Origin: the human T2T-CHM13v2.0 reference genome, Homo sapiens
NCBI RefSeq assembly: GCF_009914755.1
Contig: NC_060934.1
Reading direction: 5' to 3' (one strand)
Length of the DNA stretch: 64,000 nt
Shown here in pieces: positions 28,721 through 42,942 of the stretch; position 1 is the stretch's first letter; the number at the start of each line of letters is the position of its first letter. Below the pieces are notes generated by a model. The model saw only the letters and a program-made list of their open reading frames with translations, searched no databases and was not told the origin of the DNA. The translations under genes and the position numbers were made by a program.

Positions 28721-29763
28721 CCAATCAGTCAATAGATCTCCCCATTTTTAAGCTCCTGTGTGTCAAAGTTCCCTGGCATTGAGATTGTCCTATCAATGCA
28801 CAGCATTAAATTCCTGCCGTCCATCTGTTTCGATGGTAAGCTTGGAGAAATACTTGTGGAAAGAGTTCCTTGCTTCTCTGATGCCACATGTGGAATGCTC
28901 TTTGCCAAATGCACTATTTGTCACTGAACACCACTCTTCCTGATATCTTATTCCATTTATAGATTCTGGCTCTGGAGTGCAAGATTTTATTTTTTGAATT
29001 AAAATGTGATAAGAGACCTTTCAGTTCCCAGAGTTTCTTCTCTTGTCTGTAGGTCAGAAGTTATTGGCTAGAGTCCCAGTATCTCCCTTGAGCTACCGCA
29101 TGCGTCTGCTGACCAAATCTTCTTAGCCTTCAAACCAAATGATGTCATTCTTTATGGTGCATTTTTCTAACAGATTTACACTGACGTACACACACATACT
29201 TTTAATTTCCCACTGCTTACAGAACTCGCAAACAAGTGAGCAAGTTGTAATTCTACATGGTGAGCGCCTCACATAAATTTTTTGGTGACAATGTGGATGA
29301 TAAATGTTGGCTTTTATCGAGCTGACTACTGGTAGCTGTATGGTTTTGTGGCATATTATATAATGTGATATGCAATCACTGATGGAAAGATGTCTCTTAG
29401 AGATATAGCACTTATAACACAAATTTTTATGATAATAAATACTATTTATTAAGTATCAAATGCCAGGCACCTTGCAAGAATCCTACATACATTGGCTCAT
29501 TCATTCCACATTATAGTCCTAGGAAGGAAGAAATGTCTTTTCCATTCTGCTGATGAAATAACCAAATATCAGAAGACATATAACTAGCAAGTGGCAAGTT
29601 AGGACTTATACCCAGATCCAGCCTCTGTTCCTTCTATTTCACCACATGGGTTATATTGTTTTCAGAAAAACATGTTTCTCTTGCTTATTTATTTTGCTTA
29701 TTACACAGGACATTGTGGTACTGTTCATGAACTAAAAGCCATGCTCGGAGTGATTGTGGTTTT

Positions 29764-29901
29764 GAGAAAGAAAGAGAGAGAGAGATAGAAAGAGAAGGAA
29801 GGAAGGAAAGAAGGAGAGAAAGAAAGAAGAAAGAAAGAAAGAGAAAGAAAAGAAAGAAAGAAAGAAGGAAGGAAGGAAAGAAAGGAAAGAAAGAAAGAAA
29901 G

Positions 29902-29968
<67 letters not shown>

Positions 29969-29969
29969 G
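29764..29969. repeat. (GAAA)n/GA-rich purine tract, ~205 nt
   Basis: Nearly pure purines with a long perfect GAAA run. Confidence 0.97.
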
Positions 29970-30181
29970 TAGCTGTAGTCCCAGCTACTTGGGAGGCTGA
30001 GGCAGGAGAATGGTGTGAACCTGGGAGGCAGAGCTTGCAGTGAGCAGAGATCGCACGCCACTGCACTCCAGCCTGGGTGACAGTGCGAGACTCCATTTCA
30101 CAAAAAAAAAAAAAAAAAAGAAAGAGAGAAAAAGGAAGGAAGGAAGAAAGAAAGAGAAAGAAAGAAAGAAAGAAAGAAAGA
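29970..30181 (+). mobile_element. AluY right arm only, with poly(A) and GAAA-rich tail
   Basis: ctgtagtcccagctac...gagcttgcagtgagc...ctccatttc then A-run. Confidence 0.92.
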
Positions 30182-31571
30182 CCAAATGTGTATATTTTCT
30201 TCAACTTCAGTACAATGTAGCTCCTCAAAAAAAAAAAATCCTTAATTTTTCAGTGCCGATTTCCACAACATGCATATTCACACGAACTCTGGCATGAGTC
30301 TTGTTGATTGCTTCCAGAGCAACATGCTTTGTCCCAAATTACAAGGAAACCACGAAACAATACTGCACAAGGCTGGAGGGATAGGACATCACCACACTTG
30401 AAAGTCACATTTGCCAATATTGGAGCATCTACAATGAGAACACAGGGCACTCGTACAGCCCCTGTGCTTGGTTTTTGCTTTATGGAGTTTGCAACCCAGT
30501 GGCAAACAGGAAGCTGGCAGCAGGAATCTGAAGGTCAAGAAGCTGCCTTTTTTTGGCATATATTCTCCCTCTCCACTTCTTTACAGCTAGTGCAGCCATG
30601 ACCCTCTAAAGAACATGTCTGTTCTTGTCTCCGGGGTGTTGTGGTGATGTTGTGGTGATGTCGAGGTGCTGAGATGGCTTTGGGGCTCAGCCGAAGGTCA
30701 GCCTTTATCGAATTTCGCTTCATGGCCCAATAGGCACAGAGCTTGTGGTTTACACTCTATCTCTGTGAGCACCCAAGGCCAAAGCAGGCTGCCCAAGACG
30801 GAGAAGAGAAGAACACCCCATGGCCCAGCAGTTCAAGCCACCCAGGGCAGCCACCTCCATGGCAGGGACACTCCAGTGCCTCCCTCTTCACCTACCCCCA
30901 CAACACACACACATGCCCCATGCACGTTCCTCCTGTCTCCCATCGGAGTCCCTATTCCCTTAGCCCCACATTTTCTTCAGTCATTCAGAAATGTTCATCT
31001 CAAAATGCAGCAAGTAATTTCTTCCTGATGAACTGCTCCTTCTCTACCCCACCCTGTAACCCCCGCCCTGAGGTAATTTCCTAATTCTCTTTGACAAGAC
31101 AGTTTACTCTTGACAAGGATTAGAGGTTATTTTTAACCTAAACCGCACACAAGGAAATGATGCAATAATTTCTTTGAGCTGGCTGAATGCTTCCTCTTTT
31201 TTGGTCTTCGAATTAATATGATTCTGAACTTTAAGTTGTTTCTGGCCTTTTTGAGCAATTTCGTAATCACAGAATAAAGTCCACGTCTTCCAATTTAAAA
31301 TCCTTGCTCGTAGTGATCTTTTCCTGAATGATTGGCATTTTTATCCAATGTAGACTCTGATGTTAAAAATCAGAATGATGTTGATTTACCAGAGGTTCTC
31401 CTGAAGATCTTTTGGATCCCAAGTGATCTCCTTTACTGTCTTTATCCCTCTCACAAAATCTGCTCAAATACTGGAAAAAAGATGATCAACTCTGCCACCT
31501 GGGGCCATCCAACTGTCCTCTGTTCCTCTGATTTCTTGACTAAGACATTCTGTGAAGCACACGTACATTCC

Positions 31572-31876
31572 TTTTTTTTTTTTTTTTTCCGAGACGGAGT
31601 CTTGCTCTGTCACCCAGGCTGCAGTGCAGTGGCGTGATCTCAGCTCGCTACAACCTCTGCCTCCCAGGTTCAAGCAATTCTCCTGCCGCAGCCTCCTGAC
31701 TAGCTGGGATTACAGGTACATGCAACCACGCCGAGCTAAATTTCTTTCTGTATTTTTTAGTACAGACGGGGTTTCACCACGTTGGCCAGGCTGGTCTCAA
31801 ACTCCCGACCTCGTGATCCACCCGCCTCTGCCTCCCAAAGTGCTGGTATTACAGGCCTGAGCCACCATGCCCAGCC
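31572..31876 (-). mobile_element. Alu (AluS-type), full length
   Basis: Poly(T) then dimeric Alu. Confidence 0.95.
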
Positions 31877-31948
31877 GCACATAAACATTTTTTAATCCAT
31901 CACTTATTTTTAAAAAATATTTGTGTATTTAAGTCCATATGTCTATAT

Positions 31949-32161
31949 CAGGGTTTCTCAACCTCAGCACTATTGACATTTGGGGCCAGATAATTCTTTG
32001 TGGGGCATCCTATGCATCATAGGATGTGGGGCAGTATCCCTGGCCTCTACTAACTAGATGCCAGTAGCAGCCCCCTCTCCAGTTTCAACACCTAAAAATG
32101 TCCCCAGACATGGCCAAATGTCTGCCAGGGAGACAAAAATGCCCCCAGTTGAGAAACACTG
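31949..32161. mobile_element. MER20 hAT-Charlie DNA transposon
   Basis: TIRs cagggtttctcaac / gttgagaaacactg; interior cactattgacatttggggccagataattctttgt. Confidence 0.9.
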
Positions 32162-33564
32162 GCCCTCATACTGCTTTAAATGACAAGTTCCTTTTGGACA
32201 GGGACTAACCTAATTTGTACAGACTTCAGCACAACAGAAAGGTGCTTAGAGAAGGCAGTTCTATGGTGATCACAGTCAGTAAGCATGCAACAAGAATTGT
32301 TGACTCACATCTAGAAAAACAGAAAACGTAAGCACATGATCAAGTAAATAGTGGGTACTGTGTCTCATTCAGCCTTCCGTTCTTGTCAATAAGAGTAAAA
32401 CAACAGTGCTTAGCTCTCCTGTGTGAACCTCCCAGAGGAACTGAAAATTTGAAAGATGGAGTTCATTTCCTTGTAATTAAACTGTTCCCATAAAATAAGG
32501 TAAGAGGCAGGTAAAGGGAAATCCCCCACAGCAGTGTGAATGGTTATAATCTTCATGGAGAAGAGCCCACGCTGGGATGCACATTCTTTCACAATTACTG
32601 TACTGTTCTTCCAGGCCGGGAATTCGGGGCGGCACCACATCCTCTTGCAGGATCTGCCCCTTGTAAAAGCACTTCAAATATTTTTCATGAGTGAAAAGTC
32701 AAAAGATAGATATGAACTGATATATCGTTAGAATTGCTGCTGTTATTCAACCACTCAAATAGTATTAAACCTCTGGATCTGGCAAACAAAACCTGCTAGA
32801 TGATCCCTTTATAGGCCTCTCTCTAGGCAAAAGAACAAAACCTTTTATCAGTTAATCTAATGAATTACATGGGTTATTTTTATTCTATTCATAAGAGACA
32901 AGGCGTGTAAGTCTTGCTTGTTCTTACATCCATTGGATAACAATTCCATTAAGCAAATATTTATTTAAACTAAGGGTATGGCAGTCTAGCCTGACAGTTA
33001 TCAGACATCAAAGTGGAAATGCTCAAATGAGTAAAAAATCAGGCTCTGCCCTTGGAGAACTTAGAGTTCTGATTTCTATAACAATTTGGTTGTGCATTTG
33101 TAGTCAATCCCCAAATATATTTGCTTTTGAGTACCTGAAAGCCTAATGCTTGCTGCAAGCTCTGGAAGAGGTTTTAAAAATCCAGTGATCATTCAAAGGC
33201 GTGAGCAACTCCAGGTGATGAAGTGACGGAGAAAGAGTTTACGGAGACATGGCTTTTGAAGTGAGGGTGGGTGTTCAAAACAACATGAATGATGAGGTTT
33301 TATTTCCCCCGATTTTAAAATTAATACATGTTTCTTGTTTTTAAAAAATATATGCAGGAAAAAAGAAAAGCCTGAGGAAAAGAAGATTTCTCGTAAGCAG
33401 TGGAAAAGTTGAGCAAAAATGCAGGACCTGGCCTGCTAGGGGTGACAGAACCTGTGGCGGACCCCGTGGAGCTACGGAGAAACATGAGGTGGGGGTCTGA
33501 ATGCCAGATCTAATCAGGAGGGCAGTGGGCAGCCATGGATGGCTGAGTGTTCTGGGCATGGCTC

Positions 33565-33705
33565 ATTTCATGCTCATAACAACCCTGTGAGGTTGCAAGG
33601 GGTCTGATCAACCTTCAGATGCAGAGGTGGAGGATTTAAGGTGTGCAGTAACTTGCCCAAGGTCATGCAGCTAGCAGATGGGAGGAGTGGGCACTCCAAA
33701 ACCCC
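33565..33705 (-). mobile_element. MIR SINE
   Basis: ctcataacaaccctgtgagg...taacttgcccaaggtcatgcagctag. Confidence 0.75.
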
Positions 33706-34224
33706 GTGCCCCTCAAACAAAGTGGGAATTGAGGGGGGCAAACCAAGGATTGCAAAGGTATAGCTGCAGAAAGTGTGCCTTTGACGCAATAGAATGGTGA
33801 TGTCATGGATTTAAAAAATCCAGATCCAGAAAAAGGATCTGACTTGCTTTGTGGATAAAAGACTACTTTACAACCCAGAGACATCCACGTGGAGTAGGTG
33901 GCTCAGCAGTGCTCATTGGTGGAAGGCACTTTCATTGGCCTTCAGGTACCCAGCATGGCCTGCCACTGATAAGACACCACCTGAGTCAGATCAGGATCCC
34001 TTTAGGTGATTTGAGCTGCTCTTTTTGTACTTTTCGAGGAGATTTTATGCAACTGGCCCATCCCAACTGTTCTGGACTGTCTGGTTTGAAAGCCAGCCTG
34101 CTCACCAGGGGAAGCCCCAGCCTATGTCTGAGTGCTTCAGTGCTACCTGGGAGGCTCCAGGATGGAGTCCCAGGCCTACCTCACCTGGGTAGACCCAGGC
34201 CTCACACCAAGAAAGAACCTTCCC

Positions 34225-34742
34225 ACAATAGTCAAATGGTGGAAGGAACGCAAATGTCCATCAACTGATGAATGGATACACAAAATGTGCGTGTGTGTGT
34301 GTGTGTGTGTAATGCACTACTATTCAACCATGAAAAGGAATGGTGTACTGATTACTGATACATGCTACAATCTGGATGAACCTTGTAAACGTTACGCTAA
34401 ATGAATTATTTCATTTACACGAAACATCCAGAATAAGAAAATCCACAGACAGACTTGCTATTGGTAAAATATCAATGGATAACATCAAATTTACCATTAA
34501 AACCATCATTAAGTATACAATCAGTGGTGTTTAGGACATCCACAGGGTCATGCAACCATCACCACTTTCCAGAACATTCTCATCACCCCCAAAGGAAACC
34601 CCTCACCCACTGAGCATTCATTCCTCATTCCTTCCTTCCCCCAGCCCCTTGCAATGACTAATCTACTATCTCTATGGATGTGCTTATTCACTTTAAAATG
34701 GTGAGTTTTATGTTATTTGTAATTTACTGCATTAAAAAAATA
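34225..34742 (+). mobile_element. Old L1 3' end containing an opposite-strand L1 fragment (~34470-34690)
   Basis: + strand caaatgtccatcaactgatgaatggata; - strand tgcaaccatcaccact...ctatggatgtgc; + strand end aaaatggtgagttttatg. Confidence 0.75.
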
Positions 34743-34989
34743 AGCAATGGGATTGGATGAGGTGGATGAAGAAAAGGATCCCAGATTGAGGATTTGTGCA
34801 CTCCAAGGTTTAGAGGCCAGCCAATAAAGAAGGTTCAAAAGAAGGAACTCATCAAATAGGAGGAAAACCAGGAAAGTTGCTGCCCCAGAACTCAAGTGAG
34901 AAACAGTTTCAAGGAGAGTAGAGTGACTATCTTTGTCAGAGTGAATTTTGTGTGGTTCAGGTAGATACAGTCATGTTCACCTACACAGG

Positions 34990-35270
34990 AGGGGACCATT
35001 TCACACTCTTGACCAGCAATGCATGAACAGGCTCAGCTCCCAACAATCTTGCCAATACAGTATCCTCAAAATGCTTGCCAATCTCAAAAGTGAGAAATGG
35101 ATCTCAGTGTTGTTTTCTCTTGCAGTTCCTTTATTGAGAGTGACGCTGAGCATCTTTTCAAATGTTGAAGGGCCATTTATCTTCCTTTGGCTGTGAACTA
35201 TCTGTTCATGGACTTTGCCCATTTTCTGTTGAGCTATTCATCTATTTATTTTTAATTTCTAGGAACACTT
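34990..35270 (-). mobile_element. Old L1 fragment
   Basis: ttgccaatct...gagaaatggatctcagtgttg...tttgcccattttctgttgag. Confidence 0.65.
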
Positions 35271-36074
35271 TAAATATCAGAGAGTTGGTTCTCTGTCCCC
35301 TGGCATCTGCTTCTTGAAACTCTTCTCTTTGTTTCCACAAGAGCACTCTCTCCTAGGTCTTCTCTCACCTCCCAGTATCTCACCTCCACATTTTGGAATT
35401 TTTTTTCTTTTGGGCGTGTGGGTTGCTCTTCTCCTTTGTACCTTTTAAGGCTGGTGTCCCCTGTCTTTGACTGTCTTTCTTCTCTACACACTCTTCAGCA
35501 TCCTTCCCCTCCCACCTCTTCCTCCACCGCAATTCTAATTACAACTGTGTGCTCAACTACCAAACCTATATGGAACAGGATGTTAAAATAAGACTTTCTG
35601 ACGTTGCAGTCTGAGCTGAGACCCCAAAGCTAAGAAAAGGAGTGTTAGGTGCCCACACATTCTAAAGAGAGGTGCTAGACCTTCCATGCAGACACCGCAG
35701 AGGGTGACCCAAAAAAAAAAAAACAACCCTGCCCAAGGACCCTATAGCCTCATCCTTAGAGTCTTAAAAGAGGCTTGGGTATTAATCCTGGAGTTCCTGC
35801 AGGGTAGAGTTGCAGGGGTGCCATGGCTCCTCCCAGCCACCCCCACACCAAGCAGGGGGCTTGAAAAGAATCTTTGGCGAGCCTGGCCTGTGTCTTATGA
35901 CGTTGAGGGGACAGAGAGTTTCGTACCTGACTCACGCTTTAAAACCTGTGAAGGTGAGAAGCTGGGTTTGCTTCCTGGGCAGCAGAGGGGTGAGAAAGAG
36001 CCCAAGGGGAATGAGCACAGCTCCCAGCTATGCTGTTCCTGGAGGTGTGTCGTCCAGTGAACGATCATTTTCTG

Positions 36075-36450
<376 letters not shown>

Positions 36451-36764
36451 CTAAAAGGACATAATTGGTGATTTTGCAGGAAGCTGAGAAGCAGACTCCT
36501 TGACATGGCAACAGTAGAAATGAGGAGATGCCAAAGAGACAGAATCTGGTAACTCTTGAAGAGCCAGCCTGTAAGTGTTCATGGACAACATCCTTATAAA
36601 TGAAGTTTTTGCAAAAGATAGGCATAGACAAAAATTCATGTGGTGCCGTGGGACAGGATTCACTGAAGATTTTTAATATCAGTTGAATTTGGATCTTAGT
36701 TTCAAATAAGTAAGCTGTTTCAAATAAGGAGAAAATAAAATGAGGTCTTCTTTTTGATGACAAG

Positions 36765-36970
36765 CTCTGACTTTGGAATCACACAGACCTGGGCTGGGAG
36801 TCGTGCTCCGCCGTTTGCTAGGTTGTGACACATTGGATAAATCGCTCAACTTCTGTAAGCCTCAATTTCCTCCTTTAGAAAGTAAAAATAATATCTGACA
36901 AGACTATTACAAGAATTACATGAGATGTTGTGAACAACGCCCTTCACACAGGGTCTGGTGCTTAGTCATT
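36765..36970 (+). mobile_element. MIR SINE
   Basis: ttggaatcacacagacctggg...aagcctcaatttcctc. Confidence 0.75.
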
Positions 36971-37713
36971 GGTTGTAAAAGAGAATGTGACATTGATCTA
37001 TGTCTCCATTAAATGGTGTAGGAAAGAATACATATTGTCCTATGAGTCCATTCAAGTTTTTAATTTTGGTCATTTGGTTTGTTGCTTTCTGGTGAATGCT
37101 ACCTACCTTCATCAAATCATTATGAAGTTTCCAGAGCAAATTCTCTGTAATGTATTCTAAAGAAAATTGAGAGAAAAATAAAGCAAACTGAAGTATGGAA
37201 ACACAGCTTGGGAGTTCAGAAAAACTATTTGCTCATCATACATTAAGTTAAAAATACAGTTGCACAAACAGATGACTAAATAATACTCAGACCCACAGAT
37301 TTCAGCTTTTAAGTGCCATCTTACATAAGATTGTTCAACTGAACTAGCCTAGCCATTAAAAAAACTTAGATATGGCATTTTTAAAATAGAGACTCACATA
37401 CAGCACATCTAAATCTATGCTGTTTATATAACACGAAGATAGCAGATATATCTGTAAGGAGGTGTTGGCATCACAGAGAATGACATACTATGTTACAGTG
37501 ATTCTTGGATTTTTCCTATGTGTTAAGCCTGGACTTCTGATTCCAAATTCAGCTCCTACAGCAGAGGTACCCAGGGAAGTCTTGAGCCATATTAATATTA
37601 AGTGGCAAGATAAGGCATCAGTGTGAGTTCTTGAAACTTAACCAGGTAAAGATCTTTGGGTTTTGTTTACTGGCACAAAACAGGTACATTTGGTCTACAG
37701 CCCATGCACAAGT

Positions 37714-37914
37714 TAAAATATTATTAGCTCTGTTCTCAGTATCATAAACGATAATTAGTATACAATCTAGGACACATAAAATTCGGATGTCCATAAAATA
37801 TTGTTAGCTCCGTCATCAGTATCATAAAGGATAATTAGTATACAATTTAGGACAATTAGGACAATAGACAAATGTATAATTAGTATACAATTTAGTATAA
37901 AATTTGGATGTCCA
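37714..37914. repeat. 80-bp tandem duplication; second copy has internal re-duplication
   Basis: taaaatatt.ttagctc.gt..tcagtatcataaa.gataattagtatacaat.taggaca...taaaatt.ggatgtcca at 37714 and 37794. Confidence 0.92.
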
Positions 37915-38753
37915 CAACCTTCACATTCCATAATCAATCAAAATCAATATTCCGAACAGAGCTATTTCTTAGTCAAACCTCTGATAGCCAGTATTTTAGG
38001 ATCTGAAGCACTATTCCAATCAAAATCACTACTTCAAGGTCACAAAAATCCTGTTTTTCAATGGATTCTATATGAGGACCTGGTTTTATCTTGCCTCAAA
38101 GGCCAGCTTTGTTCTGTGGTTATAAAGGTTTGCTGTATCTCTCCTACCCAGTTATCTGCTGTCTTTTACACTGATTCCAGCTTGGGCAAAACAACAGGCA
38201 TGTTGCAGCTGTAGAAACAGATTCTGAGTGTGACTACACGATATCAAAATATCCTGCTGAAAAGTGGTCTACACACTCAACCAACTGGATTGGCTTATTT
38301 TTCTCCTCAAATCCAAATTATTAAGGCAAACCTGGATTTTTCTACTCCATTTGTAAGAAAACACAATTGAGTTTCCTGATTTGTAATGAAAGCTATAACA
38401 GAACAGTACATTCACCACTGTCTTAAATACGTACCTAGTAGGAATATGCCTTACACTTCCCCTGCCCTCCTCGTTGCTAAGATCTACACAGAACATATGG
38501 GAACTTGATCTGCCAACAATCAGCTTGAGGTATTCGTGACTTTGTAACAGACTGAAACCCAGTAACAAAGTGGACTGTTTCCACCAGGGCCTGGATACCA
38601 TTTATTTGGGGAGCCACCTTTAGTGTGAGAGACAAGAAGTTGTTCTGTTTGCTCTCTGTGCTGGAAGTCTTGTAACAATCATGGCATGCGTGAGATTACA
38701 GATGACTCAAGATTGTGCAGAAGGAGGCAGCTTTCTTACAGATAGTAACACTT

Positions 38754-39075
38754 TGTTATAGGTTAAAATGCATCCCTACCCCCCACCAAAAAAAAGATAT
38801 GTTGGAGTCCTAACCCCTAGTATTTCAAAATGTGACCTCAGTTGGAGATTGGGTCTTTACAGAGGTAATCAAGTTAAAATGAGGTCATTAGCATAGGCCA
38901 TGACCCAATATGACTGATGTCCTTATCCAAAGAAGAAATTTGGACAGGCACACAGACAAGCTTGGGGAAAAGACAGCCATGTACAAGCCAAGGAGAGAGG
39001 AATGGAACAGATCCTTCCCTCACAGCCCTCAGAAGGAAACAATTCTGCCTACAACTTGAGGATGGACTTCTAGCA
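38754..39075 (+). mobile_element. MLT1A/B-type LTR (3' truncated)
   Basis: gatatgttggagtcctaacccc...aatgtgacct...gaggtaatcaagttaaaatgaggtcatta. Confidence 0.85.
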
Positions 39076-40149
39076 AACGAACTCACACCTCACTGATCCA
39101 GCACCATTGCAGAATGAAAAGTCCATATAAATTCACTTTCTAGATAACTCAAGTGTTCTGACAAATAAGCAGTTCCAAAATTTTCGTTCTACTCTTTTTT
39201 AACAAAAATATTTCTAAAACACACCCTCCACATTCTCAAACCAAAGGCAGCTGAACCCAATCTAAACCTTTCCTATTGATGCAGGTTTATCAGTGACTGC
39301 AGAGGGACAGAAGACCCTTTGTTTCTGCAGTAAGTGGCATCACTGGTTTCCCTGTTTTCTCCTCTAATACGAAGTTCCCAGACAGCCCCCTCTGCCTTCT
39401 GCATCATCCTCATTTCCTTGCTTGTCCTAATCTGTTGTGAAAGAACAGAAACCGGACAAACAAGACATTAAAACTGGTTCTCAAATAAAATTAGTAGTCC
39501 CAAGTGAGAGGCTGAAAGACACTCCTAAAGGTTAAACCACGTGAACTTGAAAAACTTCTTTTGTTGTCTATTCCTTTACTCCCTGTTCTCAGGGGGTGAG
39601 GATGTCAGATCCCTTATATTAAGGATACCTCAAGTGTTGTGCTACACAGACACAAAGCAGGTCACAAGAAACTCTTCTGGACTCCTTCGGCTTATAAATT
39701 TATGCCATAAAAACAAACAGCTGGGATCAATTATAGCTCGGGAAATATGCACCTCTATTAGGAGCCCAGTGGTGCTTTGTTCTGTGGTGGTTGTTATTTC
39801 ACATATTTGGAATATGGCTATACCATAGGATGGAACTCTCTGGAATGGTCTTTCCATGATACCAAATTAGTTTGGGAAATTCTAATTCCCCAAACGGAAT
39901 GATAATCAGATTAAATGACTACAAAGGAATAAACTTGCTGTTGAAATCAAAAGTGTGCTTACCAAATTAGATTCTTTACTACATCCTCTCACTTTTAAAG
40001 ATAACGAATTTATTCAATTACTCTATTTGTACTGATTGGAAGCTGCCTCTTTTGCCATGCTTAGTTTGGTACAGAACATTTTTTGGCTTTATGCTATAAT
40101 CTTGTTGTTGTTGCTGTTGTTTAAAAAACAATGGTAAGATAAAAGCTAA

Positions 40150-40395
40150 TGTTTAGTAAGTACTGTGCTTACGATGAGCCAAGCACTATGCCAAATGCCT
40201 TATATGCCTTATTAAGTTTCCCAAATGCCTCAGAGGTACATATGATTTTTACTGTTCCCATTTAACAGGTAACAAAATGGAGGCCTAATGTGTTTGAGTA
40301 ACTTGTCTGAGTCATTCAGTTACTAATTGGCAGCACCCGGATTTGAACCCAGGCAGTCTGACTCCAGAGCCTGTGTTCTGGAATCATTGTGGTAT
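40150..40395 (-). mobile_element. MIR SINE
   Basis: ggatttgaacccaggcagtctgactccagagcc. Confidence 0.85.
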
Positions 40396-40483
40396 ACGAA
40401 GAGAGGTAAACTTTAACACTACTAAAATTAGTGTGATCTTGCTAAAATATCATAATTTGAAATTATGTAATAAAAAACCTCCA

Positions 40484-40795
40484 GGCCAGGCACAATGACT
40501 CACTCCTGTAATCCCAGCACTTTGGAAGGCTGGGGCAGGCAGATCACTTGAGGTCAGGAGTTGGAGACCAGCTTGGCCAACACGGTGAAGCCCTGTCTCT
40601 ACCAAAAATACAAAAATTAGCCAGCCGTGGTGGTGCCTGCCTGTATCCCAGCTACTCAGGAGGCTGAGGCATGAGAATCGCTTGAACCCAGGAGGTGGAG
40701 GTTGCAGTGACCCCAGATTGCACCACTCCACTCCAGCCTGGGCGACACAGTGAGACTGTCTCAAAAAAAAAAAAAGAAAAAGAAAAAAGGAAAAC
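40484..40795 (+). mobile_element. Alu (AluS-type), full length
   Basis: Dimeric Alu with A-rich tail. Confidence 0.96.
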
Positions 40796-42152
40796 CGAAA
40801 ACGAAAATGTGTAGGCCAGGGATGTTTTTTTAACTCTTCCACCAAGACTGAGTACTTTACTGACGACTTTTTTTGCAAGGTTAATTATGAGTTTTGAACT
40901 TGCTTAATAAACTTTTATGCTAAGTTGTTTCTCAGATGAGTACTTACTAAAACTCTACAATATGTAGAGAATATATGTGTGGGCATTTTTTACACCAAGA
41001 TCATTCTCCTTAAGCTCGAGCCATGAAAGGGTATATAATCTCCATTAATTAGTAAGGGGGAAAACATCAAAAAATGCGTGCTGCGGAGTGGTTGGCAGTA
41101 GGAGAGAAGGAAAGGTAGGCAGTGGGTGGGAACGGTGACAAGTCATAATACAATAATCACTTTAGAGGTTTTCAGAATCAGTAAAAAAAAATGTTCAGGA
41201 CTATGCCAATACCATTTTAGCTCATTTTCAAGGCTTATTAGGCTTCTCAGAGAATCTCAAAGCTCAACGTGCATATTACTTAACTACCTGGTTTGGAATG
41301 ATACTTATTAGGACGTGGAAATGACAAAGTAGGTAGATTTTGCTTTTTACTTTTCTGTTCTGAACTTCCCAATAGCTCTATTTCAGCTCCTAAATAAAGT
41401 CCCCCAAGGTTGTCACAACTTTTGAGCCTGTGATTCTCAGTAAGAGTCTTCTGTGAAGTCTTTTTCCAGTTACAGATGAAAACAAAACAAAACAAAGAAC
41501 TAAATGACTTAATTGCTTGGCTTTTCTTTGGGATTCCTTTGTCTTCAGAGCTAGTATCCATGCGGCGCTTTTAGACATTCACGCTAAAATGTATCAACAA
41601 TGAGAATTTCATTTGTGTAGATAAATGTGATTGTCATGTCAGATCTTTTATATTTAAGCCAACTGAAAAATACAAATAAACATTGCGTGATAGAATTGCT
41701 TCATTTGTTCAGTTGTTTATTTTAAAAAGTACTCCATGACTAGCTCCAAGTCCCAAATATATCACGCAATTAAATTATGCTGAAAGTAGTAATAGGTGGG
41801 CCCATATCTGTTAAGGATGCAAATGTTCTAGCAATTAAAGACTAGCTAAGGAGGCAAGAAAGTCAAGAACTCTCTTTCACTTTCCGTGAACTCTCACACA
41901 CGTCTCTGTCCTTATGCTTCAGTTTTTCCATCTTAAAATAGGGAGAAAAGGACAATATTTCTCCACTAGTATGAAAGCAATTTATATTTAGGAGAAGTTT
42001 ACAAAGAAGGTTATTGCCCCCTTAATATCTAATTAGGAGATAATGTCCTGGAAATAAAGAGCTATCATAGGATAAAGGTCTCCAACAGGTCTTACTCAAG
42101 GAGCGACAAAACTGAGACACTGTGGAAAATAAACATCATGTCAATGGTTTGA

Positions 42153-42474
<322 letters not shown>

Positions 42475-42599
42475 TTGATATTTATTTTTAAAGCAAGAAG
42501 CCTGACCACAGTGGTTACCAAAACCAAAGCAGCAGCAATACTGTCTTACTAGCGTCTTCCTTTCTGAGGCAAAGGACTTGGCATGCCTCCACTTATTGA

Positions 42600-42942
<343 letters not shown>

